From the NCBI GenBank assembly GCA_041736175.1, contig JBGSUI010000082.1, forward strand, positions 1 through 46,101: a stretch of 46,101 nucleotides of DNA. The letters run 5' to 3'. The stretch is from Oligoflexales bacterium. GTDB taxonomy: Bacteria > Bdellovibrionota_B > Oligoflexia > Oligoflexales > CAIYRB01. The notes beneath the pieces are model-generated. The model saw only the letters and a list, made by a program, of their open reading frames with translations, was not told the DNA's origin and made no database searches. Position 1 is the stretch's first letter; each line of letters opens with the position of its first letter. The position numbers were made by a program, and so were the translations under genes. This document shows, one piece after another, positions 33,372-42,150 of this stretch.

Positions 33372-34628
33372 TTACAGCCTGATGAGCCTCTCTTGCTCCA
33401 AAAGCTTTAATGGCCGGAGGAGCAACTTTTTATAATCTTTAGAGGTATAAAAATAGTCTTGTAGCTGCTTAAAGTGAGAGAGATAGATCTCCCGGCGCAG
33501 TTGGTAGGTATCACCATGGCATAGATTTCCCCAGTAGGAATTGACCACCTGGTGCATGTGCTGCACTAAAGCTAAAGGCGGAGTGATGGGCGGAGTCAGG
33601 AAGCCGCTGCGGACCTGGCGGGCCCAAGGGTTATTGGGTGGAGGATTAAAGTGGGGGAACCCAGCAGGATCCAAAAGGTGATTGAAAAAATAAAGGCGTT
33701 TTTTAAAGGCTTTGACAATCCTCGGTCGCACGGTCATGGTGTGCGGTCTGACGATAAACCCTAGAAAATCACAGCCGCGATGGATCGGCTGGATCGAGGT
33801 TTTGTTGGGGTGGAGGGATAGGCATAGGTTTTGTTGCAAAAAAGCGCTGATGGCCAGTTTCCACTGATGGAGCTGGGCTGGGTCGCGGTGCAGCAGGATA
33901 AAGTCGTCCACATAACGGATATAGAAAGTGACCTTGAGCTGGTGTTTGACAAAGCGGTCCAGCTCGTTAAGGTAAAGATTAGAAAAAAACTGGGACGTCA
34001 GCGAGCCGATGGGCATGCCGATGTGCGGAGGTGTATGAAAAAGGCTTTTGTGCCGTGGAATCTCCCGCAGCAGATGCGAGGCGCCGCTATACTGGGGATT
34101 GTGGGCGGGGTCCTGGGCCAGGATTTTTTTGATGATGTCTGTGAGAAAAACCCGCTCACCAGCATCGATCTCGGAGACGCGGCCAAGATGGCCCAGCACA
34201 ATCTCCTGAAGTTTGTCGCGGTCGATGCTGGTGAAATAGGCGGCAATATCACATTTCATAGCGTAGGCCGTCGGTGGGAGTCGGCGCATAAAAGACTGGA
34301 GTCTGTGGGCGGCGCTATGGGTGCCTTTTTGGGGGCGGTTCGCAAAGCTATCAAAAATAAGGCGCTGGTCTAGAAAAGGTAGCAATCGGTCCACCACCAG
34401 GTGGTGGACCAGGCGGTCTTGAAAACTCGGAGCAAAAATCTCTCGTAGTTTAGGCTCCTCAACCACAAAACAGCGGTAGGACTGGGGATGGTAGCGCCCG
34501 AGGGTGAGATCAAGGCAGAGGCGGTGGAGCAGCTCATAAAGGTTAAAAACAACTTCGCGGCGCTGGTTGCTTGGCGTGGTATTTCGGTAGGCTTGTACCA
34601 GATAGGAGGCAAGATTTTGTTCGATCAT
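33372..34628 (-). CDS. DGR reverse transcriptase 1
   Basis: PKLREIFAPSFQDRLVHH, KCDIAAYF, GMPIGSLTSQFFSNLYL, RYVDDF, DFLGF; no maturase or endonuclease domain. Confidence 0.95.
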   Translation of the reverse strand: MIEQNLASYLVQAYRNTTPSNQRREVVFNLYELLHRLCLDLTLGRYHPQSYRCFVVEEPKLREIFAPSFQDRLVHHLVVDRLLPFLDQRLIFDSFANRPQKGTHSAAHRLQSFMRRLPPTAYAMKCDIAAYFTSIDRDKLQEIVLGHLGRVSEIDAGERVFLTDIIKKILAQDPAHNPQYSGASHLLREIPRHKSLFHTPPHIGMPIGSLTSQFFSNLYLNELDRFVKHQLKVTFYIRYVDDFILLHRDPAQLHQWKLAISAFLQQNLCLSLHPNKTSIQPIHRGCDFLGFIVRPHTMTVRPRIVKAFKKRLYFFNHLLDPAGFPHFNPPPNNPWARQVRSGFLTPPITPPLALVQHMHQVVNSYWGNLCHGDTYQLRREIYLSHFKQLQDYFYTSKDYKKLLLRPLKLLEQERLIRL

Positions 34629-35003
34629 GGAAGAGCGGGTCCATAGGTTTACGGATTGATGTGACTATTGAGAGCGCTCACGATATTTGATGGTATACAT
34701 TCCAAGATATTTGATGGATTTACCTAGCCTTCCATGGCCCAAGAAAAAAGGCCCCGACACTTTTGCCTGCCACAATCGCTATAAACCATTGGACGTGCAA
34801 AATAAGTCTAGAAAAGTCGTCAATAACGCCTTACCTCCTGATAGGAGGGAACCCTCAGATTTTCTTGGTCCCTCTTTAGAGGGCGGGTGGATCCAGATTT
34901 TTTTGCAAAGATCCTCCAAAGCCTGACTTATTTTCCCACGCTCCTTCGGGGGTCACTTGGGGCCGACGGAGCGGTAGCAGCCTCATGACCGACTAAGTCG
35001 CGA

Positions 35004-36083
35004 CTAGGTAGCGACAAATTCGATCTTTGACACATCTACCATTTCGGTAGATCTTCTGCGTCTTCTTAAAAGTCCGGTGATCTTAGTCGAAGACTTTTTT
35101 GAGTGACTGCGAGTAGTTGCGAAGTGAGCAGCGGCTTTGTTGAAATCTTCCTTACTTAACCTGACTCTGACGACTTTTGTAGAACCATCGATAATGCTTG
35201 ATACCCTAATCTCACCGCCCGCAGCACTATTTTGCGAAATAAGGCCAACAATGATGCCTCCTATGTCTTCTTCTTTTTCAAAAGTTTGGGCTAATGTTTT
35301 GTAAAAATCACGAATAAAGTCAAAATCGTTTTCTTCAAAAATGACAGATACCTGTGAGCCGCTAAAGTTGTCGATGATTTCCAACGTTAACGATTTTGCT
35401 AGAGACTGCTTAAGGTCCAGCATTTCGATATTCTCTAGAAATTGCTTATTGATCCCCTTTTTTGCAAGCTCATCATATTGGCTTTTGCCAGGAATAGTAT
35501 CATCAGTACTTGCCTCTTTAATGGCGATGATGGCTTCTTTGAACTTTCCAAAGACAGTCTCGCTTTTTAAATCCCCCGATACTGATTTCACTGTCCTAAA
35601 ATTGGCAATGTAACTTGCAGCCTCGGTTTGGTCGTCATAAAGATAGGATACCAAAGTATTCGGATCTCTTGCCGACATTCTTTTGATATCGATAATGGGC
35701 GTCAATATCGAGTGAGCAGAGGCAAGGAAAGCCTTTTGAAGGCCTGTTCTCATTGCAATTGATTCGTCGAGTCTAATTTTATGGAACGGTGTATCGGCTT
35801 TGACTCTTATAGAGAAAAGACCTACGTTTTCAATTTCCCTGATAACATCTTCGCATTTCTTATCTTCTATATGAGCTAGCGAAACTACCGTCTGTCTGAT
35901 GCGATCCCTATAGCTTGGGAGTGTTTCGTCAACCATGACTTCAATCAAGTATTTGTCATTGCGGTAGATGTCCATTAGTCCATTCTCGCTGAAATCATCA
36001 ACTTTTTCCCAACTCCTTGATTTTAAGTAGCGAGCAACATCTAAATGACTGATGTTTTGGACTTCTTCTCTTAGGGCTGTCAT
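35004..36083 (-). CDS. Hypothetical protein, partner of the DUF4365 gene
   Basis: About 359 aa; ATG overlaps the upstream TGA (ATGA). Confidence 0.7.
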   Translation of the reverse strand: MTALREEVQNISHLDVARYLKSRSWEKVDDFSENGLMDIYRNDKYLIEVMVDETLPSYRDRIRQTVVSLAHIEDKKCEDVIREIENVGLFSIRVKADTPFHKIRLDESIAMRTGLQKAFLASAHSILTPIIDIKRMSARDPNTLVSYLYDDQTEAASYIANFRTVKSVSGDLKSETVFGKFKEAIIAIKEASTDDTIPGKSQYDELAKKGINKQFLENIEMLDLKQSLAKSLTLEIIDNFSGSQVSVIFEENDFDFIRDFYKTLAQTFEKEEDIGGIIVGLISQNSAAGGEIRVSSIIDGSTKVVRVRLSKEDFNKAAAHFATTRSHSKKSSTKITGLLRRRRRSTEMVDVSKIEFVAT

Positions 36084-36652
36084 CGTTGGGCCTCCCAAAA
36101 ACTTTTTTCGGCCTTTGCTCTAGCTAGATTATAATTTTTTGAAGTCAAGAGTTGCTCAAGCTTTGCAACATTAGGAATGCTGAATTCGTCTTTGCATTTG
36201 TAAAACCGCACCGTTTTACTTTCATCGTCAAGCAAATTCTCATGGTCGTACAAGATACGAGCGTACAAACAGTGTCTGAGCAACATATCTGAATGTTTAT
36301 CATTAGTAGAACTGCGAATAAAATCACACCAGTCGTTTGGCTTTGATGGGACGATTGCAACGCACAAAATAAAAGGAGCACCTGTCATTCGCTTTTTTAA
36401 TTTTTCGTAATGATTAGCATTTAGAGAAAATGAAACATATTCTTCGTTATCTGCGGTCGCAGACTCGGTGCATTTTAGTTGGAAATCGATAGTTCTCGGT
36501 AATTCGTACCCATGTGCACTTAATACCTTACTAATAGTAGTGTCAATAAGATCAGTGTCTTGTGACCAGTCGGCAACAGACCAGCCACATGCCGCAGCAA
36601 CTATTCTTACCATTGCCTTGTTAAAATCTTCTTTTCGCTTATTAGTATCCAT
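36080..36652 (-). CDS. DUF4365 family (PD-(D/E)XK nuclease-like) protein
   Basis: KEDF..A.V..VAAACG...DTDLID...IDFQLKCT, ILCVAIVP...W. Confidence 0.75.
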   Translation of the reverse strand: MDTNKRKEDFNKAMVRIVAAACGWSVADWSQDTDLIDTTISKVLSAHGYELPRTIDFQLKCTESATADNEEYVSFSLNANHYEKLKKRMTGAPFILCVAIVPSKPNDWCDFIRSSTNDKHSDMLLRHCLYARILYDHENLLDDESKTVRFYKCKDEFSIPNVAKLEQLLTSKNYNLARAKAEKSFWEAQR

Positions 36653-36942
36653 AAATAGCCTTCTCACTAAGTAGTGAGTGCAAGTTATATGCTAATATGT
36701 CATCTATGTCAATGGTATCGTGTACTTCAATGTGTTTTCATCTGGGGTTAAGATGATCTCGAATCAGCCACGTCCAAGCCAGCGACCCGTCACTAATATC
36801 ATAAAAACTCCTGTTCTAAACAAAAAAAGTAAGTCGACCAGCAAAACTCGCAAATCGTGTTTGGCCAGTGCATTTAATAGTTGTGCTGTCGTCCTATTAA
36901 CATGCTGATATTAATCAGCAATAAATAATATTTCAGAATTTC

Positions 36943-36969
36943 TCAAGAATTTTTTTAAAGTGCCGATGC
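36943..36969 (+). promoter_or_regulatory. Sigma28-like promoter TCAA-N15-GCCGATGC, with palindrome at 36903-36920
   Basis: Same motif and spacing as 27735-27761. Confidence 0.55.
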
Positions 36970-37059
36970 TGAGGAATGTATGCGCAATCTGATTGAAAAA
37001 ATGTTCGGAACGAAACGGAAAATTGGATTGGCATATTAAACCGTAAGAGGGAGTCACCC

Positions 37060-40000
37060 ATGAAGATCAACTTGATTAAAAGGCTGTTTAAGCCGTCATC
37101 AGAGCGAGTTACAAGTCACGGTTCTAAGACGAGGTTCTCGGCCTGCTTAGGGGACAACATGAGTGCCTTCATAACCATTATGATGGCCTTAACGCTCCCT
37201 TCGGTCCAGGCTCTTGCCCTTGATATCAGTTACTCGGGTCGCCTTCAGGAAGACAGTGGCAAATCAATCGAAGGTCCTTTGGATTTTACCGTTAAGTTTT
37301 ATAACGATCCCAATAACGGTGACGTCATTGGCCCGACCCTCAAGCTCGCCAATACGGAATTAATAGACGGTGTTTTTCAACTAGGACTCAGTCTCGACAA
37401 CAGTCAGATAACAGCTCTGTTTGGCGATGGCTCAAAGGCCGTGTATATCGAACTGGAAGCCGGTGGTAAGATCTTCTCCCGTCAGCGTTTTACAGCGGTA
37501 CCCTTAGCCCTGAGGATTCCCGTAGACACCCAAAAGCTAAACTATACCAACGACGGTAAATTGACCATCGAGAGCGTCGACCTTAACCAAATCAGTGGGC
37601 TCACCGCAGCCTTGGCCGCAAAAGCGGATGCCTCGGCAGTGTCCAGCAGCAGCGTTAAGATGTCCAACAACCTTTCTGATTTGGCGAGCCCCTCCATAGC
37701 CAGGACCAATCTAGGTTTAGGCACTCTTGCCACCCTCAGCAATATCGGCAGTACAGAGATCGCCGATGCCTCAATCACAAATACCGACATCAGCCCTTCA
37801 GCAGCTATTGCTGATACTAAACTGGCGACGATTGCCACCCCCGGCAAAGTCTCTGGCTCCGCCATCACCTCGGGGACGATCGGTGGGACTGCTGGGCTGA
37901 GCAGTTCTGGTACCATCGCCACAACTGGAAATTTTGTGGTCACCGGCACCGGATCAAGTACGACAGAGTTACGCTTTAACGACAACGACAATAGCAATTA
38001 TGTGACTCTTAAGGCTCCAGCGACTGTCGCCACAAACGTCTCCTTTGTCCTACCTGCTGCCGACGGCACAGGGGGACAGCTCCTTAAAACCGATGGCTCC
38101 GGCAATCTTAGCTGGATTAGCGTGGGCGGTGGTGGTGACATGCTCGCCGGAAATAACCTTTCTGATCTGACCAATAAACCGCTAGCAAGGACGACCCTTG
38201 GTCTCGGTGGGCTCGCCACCCTTAGTGCTGTAGGCAGTGCTGAGATCACCGATGCGGCAATCATGAACGCCGATATCAACGCTTCAGCCGCTATCGCCAC
38301 CTCTAAACTCTCTGGCCCTGTCACGTCAATCACGGGCCATGGCCTAGGGTCTCTTGCCACCCTCAGCAATATCGGCAGCACGGAGATCACAGACTCCTCC
38401 ATCATGAACGCCGACATCAACGCCTCAGCAGCGATCGCCACCTCTAAACTCTCGGGCGCAGTCACATCCATCACGGGCCATGGCCTGGGATCTTTGGCTA
38501 CGTTAAACACAATAAGCAGCACGGAGATCACCGATGCCTCAATCATGAACGCTGACATCAACGCCTCAGCCGCTATCGCCACCTCTAAACTCTCGGGCGC
38601 AGTCACATCCATCACCGGCCATGGCCTCGGGTCTCTTGCCACCCTCAGCAATATCGGCAGCACGGAGATTACCAACGATTCTATCGTCGATGCTGATATC
38701 AACGCGTCGGCTGCCATCGCTGACACTAAACTTGCGACTATTTCTACCCCAGGCAAAGTCTCGGGCTCAGCCATCACATCAGGTACGATCGGCGGCTCCA
38801 CGGTCATAGCCACCTCGGGCCAGCTCTCAAGCACCGGTAATATCCGCGTTTCGGGTACCGGAGTCACGGCGACGGACCTGCGGTTTGGGGACAATGATGA
38901 CGATCATTATGTGGGTTTTAAAGCCCCTGGGGTGGTTGCTGCTGACAAAATATGGACCTTACCTGCCGCCGACGGCTCTACCGGCCAGGTTCTCAGGACA
39001 GACGGTGCTGGCACCTTGAGCTGGATCACCCCCAATAGCGGAACCATGATCGGAAGCAACAACCTTTCGGAAATCACAACCCCGGCAACAGCCCGTACCA
39101 ATCTTGGTTTAGGCGGGCTGGCCACCCTCAGCAATATCGGCAGCACGGAGATCACCGACGATTCCATCATAAACGCCGACATCAACGCCTCAGCAGCCAT
39201 CGCCACCTCTAAACTATCTGGCGCTGTCACATCCATCACGGGCCATGGCCTCGGTGGCCTTGCCACCTTGAGTGCTGTAGGCAGCACGGAGATCACAGAC
39301 CTATCGATTATGAACGCGGACATCAATGGATCAGCCGCCATTGCAGATTCCAAACTGGCCACCATCTCTACGGCAGGCAAAGTCTCGGGCTCAGCCATCA
39401 CCTCAGGTACGATCGGAGGCTCCACGGTCGTGGCCACCTCGGGCCAGCTCTCCAGTACGGGTAACATCCGGGTCGCGGGTACAGGCACAACAGCAACAGA
39501 TTTACGCTTTGGTGACAACGATGATAGCAACTATGTTGGGTTTAAAGCCCCCGTCTCGGTGACCACCGACCAGATCTGGACTCTGCCGGCAGCGGACGGC
39601 ACGAGCGGCCAAATTCTTAGAACCAACGGCACCGGTACCTTAAGCTGGGTTAGTGCGGGTGGTGCAGGAGCCCTCGTTGCCGCAAGCAACCTCTCCGATC
39701 TCGCTAACGCAACAACAGCCAGAACAAACCTAGGTTTAGGCACCCTCGCCACCTTGAGTGCTGTGGGCAGTACGGAGATCACCGATGATTCAATCATAAA
39801 CGCCGACATCAACGCCTCAGCAGCCATCGCCACCTCCAAACTATCTGGCGCTGTGACTTCTATCACGGGCCATGGCCTCGGAACCCTGGCCACAGCATCC
39901 GCTGTCTCAGGAGGCACCGCTGGCACCATCACCGACGATACGATCACCGATGCGGATATCAACAGCGCTGCCGCTATTTCCCAGTCTAAAATCGCAGGTC

Positions 40001-41307
40001 TTGCCACGTCTCTCTCCGGAAAAGAGTCCTCGATCACAACCAGCTCGGTGATCAACGGTGGTACTTTTACCACGGCCCTTCAAAACGGCCTCCAGGTCAA
40101 ACCCTTTAACACAGCTGCCGGCAACACCGGCGAACTCCGCTTTAACGAGCTAGCGGCCAGTGGCACAAACTATGTGGGCTTTAAGGCGCCCGACGCCCTC
40201 GCTGCTGATAAAATTTGGACCCTTCCTGCCGCCGACGGCACGAGCGGCCAGATGTTATCAACCAACGGCAGCGGAACCCTCTCTTGGAGCACTGCTGGAG
40301 GTGGATCTATGACGGTTTCTGCCAAAAGCTCGGATTATACAGTGACGACTGGCGATGTCGGGAAATACTTTATGGTGACTGGCAACCTGACCACCCTGAC
40401 ACTGCCCGCAGCCGCCACTGCTGGCTCGGGATTTTCTATAACGGTAAAATCAAACGGAGGGTGGGCCTTGGTGGTTCGTTCCAGCTCAGATCTAATCGAA
40501 GGAGCCTCCACGGCGTTGGCCATCCCGACCCAAGCAGTGGCCCAGATTGTTTCCGATGGCTCTGGTTGGTATTTAGTTTACTCCTTGGGGACTTTACACC
40601 GTGGCATCCCTGTGTCTTGTGGTGCTGATTGCTACGCCAATGGCACAGCTATAGCCGCTGGGTTTGCCTACACCGCTACGGGTAAAGCAGTCGTACTCAA
40701 CAGCTACAGCATCTGGGTGGAAGCCAATGGCACAAGAGTCCTGAAGGTGGATGGTTCCGACAACTGGCACCTAGCACTCAATGCCAATGGGCGTACCTTC
40801 AGCAGCAATAGTCTAAACAATACCCTGGCCAATATCGGTGGCCGCGTCTGTCCCTCCAACGTCTATGTCGATAACGGCAATAAGGTGGCCACCGGAAGAT
40901 GTCTTTATTATGACATAGGCCAAGGGGCTCAAGGTCTCAGTGGTGGGACTACGGATCAGACCACCAGTGGTCGATTGGCCCTGGGGTATTGGGACACCGC
41001 AGCAGGTGGTAATGGCACCAGTGCCTCCTGGTATGAGGGCAATATCCAGACGTGTGCTAATAAGGGTATGCGGCTGCCGCTCCTATATGAGACCACGGCC
41101 TCAGATCCAGGAAGCAACAAGCCTGGGGACCCAGCTTCGCCAACTTGGTCAAACTCTACAACGGGTGTCCCATCGGTGGGGGGCTACACATGGACGTCTT
41201 CGGCCTATTCGGGTGTTACCGATAGTTGCTGGATTTGGGCGGAGACCGGGACCAACGGCAGCGGCATTTACGTCAACACCTACTCGGTGCGTTGCGTTGT
41301 CCCGTAG
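37060..41307 (+). CDS. DGR target 2: intact 1415-aa secreted repetitive fibre/adhesin-like protein with C-terminal C-type-lectin-like VR
   Basis: Signal-like MMALTLPSVQALA, ISYSGRL N-domain, 47-aa repeats, four KAP...LP.ADG..GQ.L.T.G.G.LSW modules, ends SVRCVVP. Confidence 0.92.
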   Translation: MKINLIKRLFKPSSERVTSHGSKTRFSACLGDNMSAFITIMMALTLPSVQALALDISYSGRLQEDSGKSIEGPLDFTVKFYNDPNNGDVIGPTLKLANTELIDGVFQLGLSLDNSQITALFGDGSKAVYIELEAGGKIFSRQRFTAVPLALRIPVDTQKLNYTNDGKLTIESVDLNQISGLTAALAAKADASAVSSSSVKMSNNLSDLASPSIARTNLGLGTLATLSNIGSTEIADASITNTDISPSAAIADTKLATIATPGKVSGSAITSGTIGGTAGLSSSGTIATTGNFVVTGTGSSTTELRFNDNDNSNYVTLKAPATVATNVSFVLPAADGTGGQLLKTDGSGNLSWISVGGGGDMLAGNNLSDLTNKPLARTTLGLGGLATLSAVGSAEITDAAIMNADINASAAIATSKLSGPVTSITGHGLGSLATLSNIGSTEITDSSIMNADINASAAIATSKLSGAVTSITGHGLGSLATLNTISSTEITDASIMNADINASAAIATSKLSGAVTSITGHGLGSLATLSNIGSTEITNDSIVDADINASAAIADTKLATISTPGKVSGSAITSGTIGGSTVIATSGQLSSTGNIRVSGTGVTATDLRFGDNDDDHYVGFKAPGVVAADKIWTLPAADGSTGQVLRTDGAGTLSWITPNSGTMIGSNNLSEITTPATARTNLGLGGLATLSNIGSTEITDDSIINADINASAAIATSKLSGAVTSITGHGLGGLATLSAVGSTEITDLSIMNADINGSAAIADSKLATISTAGKVSGSAITSGTIGGSTVVATSGQLSSTGNIRVAGTGTTATDLRFGDNDDSNYVGFKAPVSVTTDQIWTLPAADGTSGQILRTNGTGTLSWVSAGGAGALVAASNLSDLANATTARTNLGLGTLATLSAVGSTEITDDSIINADINASAAIATSKLSGAVTSITGHGLGTLATASAVSGGTAGTITDDTITDADINSAAAISQSKIAGLATSLSGKESSITTSSVINGGTFTTALQNGLQVKPFNTAAGNTGELRFNELAASGTNYVGFKAPDALAADKIWTLPAADGTSGQMLSTNGSGTLSWSTAGGGSMTVSAKSSDYTVTTGDVGKYFMVTGNLTTLTLPAAATAGSGFSITVKSNGGWALVVRSSSDLIEGASTALAIPTQAVAQIVSDGSGWYLVYSLGTLHRGIPVSCGADCYANGTAIAAGFAYTATGKAVVLNSYSIWVEANGTRVLKVDGSDNWHLALNANGRTFSSNSLNNTLANIGGRVCPSNVYVDNGNKVATGRCLYYDIGQGAQGLSGGTTDQTTSGRLALGYWDTAAGGNGTSASWYEGNIQTCANKGMRLPLLYETTASDPGSNKPGDPASPTWSNSTTGVPSVGGYTWTSSAYSGVTDSCWIWAETGTNGSGIYVNTYSVRCVVP

Positions 41308-41318
41308 TTGGTCGGCGA
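41193..41318 (+). repeat. DGR variable region VR2
   Basis: 11 adenine-position substitutions plus one extra codon relative to TR1. Confidence 0.93.
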
Positions 41319-41383
41319 CACATCGAAACTTGAAACTTGAATCTTGACTTTTTTTGTTTTTTGGTGAGCAGCTAGTTCCCTTA

Positions 41384-41830
41384 TCAGCTTCGATAGGTAG
41401 GAGGCTGCCGGCTCATGTTTTGGCTTAGATATCGCTCCCATCCCACGATTTGCTTCGAGATACTTTCTATCTGGGCCATGGACCCTAGGAAAAACCCTTC
41501 TGTAATCCCTTTGGTTTGCCAAAGGAGTGTGGAAAAAGCTTTGATATTTTCCACATAGGCACGGAGTCTCTGGAGTTTGGAGAGCACTTCCGAGAGGGGA
41601 GGTTTAGCCAGTGAGGATTTCATGACGTTGATTTCGATGGTCAGGCGCATCATCTCGGAGAGTGAGCCAAGAATTTCTTTTTCAAGAATACTGATGCGCA
41701 AATACTTAGACATATTGCGATGGATCTGGAAAAAACGGGTATAGAGGGCCAGGAGGTCGCTATGGATTTTGGGATTGCGAAAATCCCCTGAGGGGTGTTT
41801 GGGGGCAGAAGGAGGTGGTTGTTGTTGCAT
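41384..41830 (-). CDS. avd: DGR Avd-like protein, copy 2
   Basis: Near-identical to 32607-33056. Confidence 0.8.
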   Translation of the reverse strand: MQQQPPPSAPKHPSGDFRNPKIHSDLLALYTRFFQIHRNMSKYLRISILEKEILGSLSEMMRLTIEINVMKSSLAKPPLSEVLSKLQRLRAYVENIKAFSTLLWQTKGITEGFFLGSMAQIESISKQIVGWERYLSQNMSRQPPTYRS

Positions 41831-42014
41831 TGAGATGTCTTTTCCATTAAAAGTGGTGGTGAGAGGAAGGAATTTGCAGGGAAGGAGCGGGACTTCTTGA
41901 GCCTGCCCTTAGTCAATCTCTTTTCATCTGTGTGATGCCCCTTACTTGACTGATAGTCAAGTCTTGTATTCCGGTGTGGATGCGTCTGCAGAAGGGAGTT
42001 AAATAGGGGTATAT

Positions 42015-42137
42015 GACGTCTTCGGCCTATTCGGGTAATACCAATAATTACTGGCTTTGGGCCGAGACCGGGACCAACAACAACAATTACAACAACACCT
42101 ACTCGGTCCGTTGCGTTGTTCCGTAGTTGGTCGGCGA
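42015..42137 (+). ncRNA. DGR template repeat TR2
   Basis: AAY-rich copy of VR; four substitutions relative to TR1. Confidence 0.9.
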
Positions 42138-42150
42138 GCCAGGGAAAGAA

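Larger units (their letters stand above)
27634..34668. mobile_element. DGR cassette 1 (promoter, target, avd, TR, RT)
   Basis: Homologous end to end with 36842-43447; TR/VR adenine-only mismatches; DGR-type RT. Confidence 0.93.

Noticed and set aside
33235..33435. 66-aa ORF over TR1
   Set aside because: Depends on a 1-nt difference not shared with TR2; TR is expected to act as RNA.
33372..34628. RT as group II intron, retron or CRISPR-associated RT
   Set aside because: GxxxSQ motif, adjacent avd and an adenine-specific TR/VR pair indicate a DGR; no maturase domain, msr/msd or cas genes are seen.
28337..40073. Long - strand ORFs opposite the target genes
   Set aside because: Antisense shadows of repetitive Ala/Ser/Thr/Gly-rich coding sequence.
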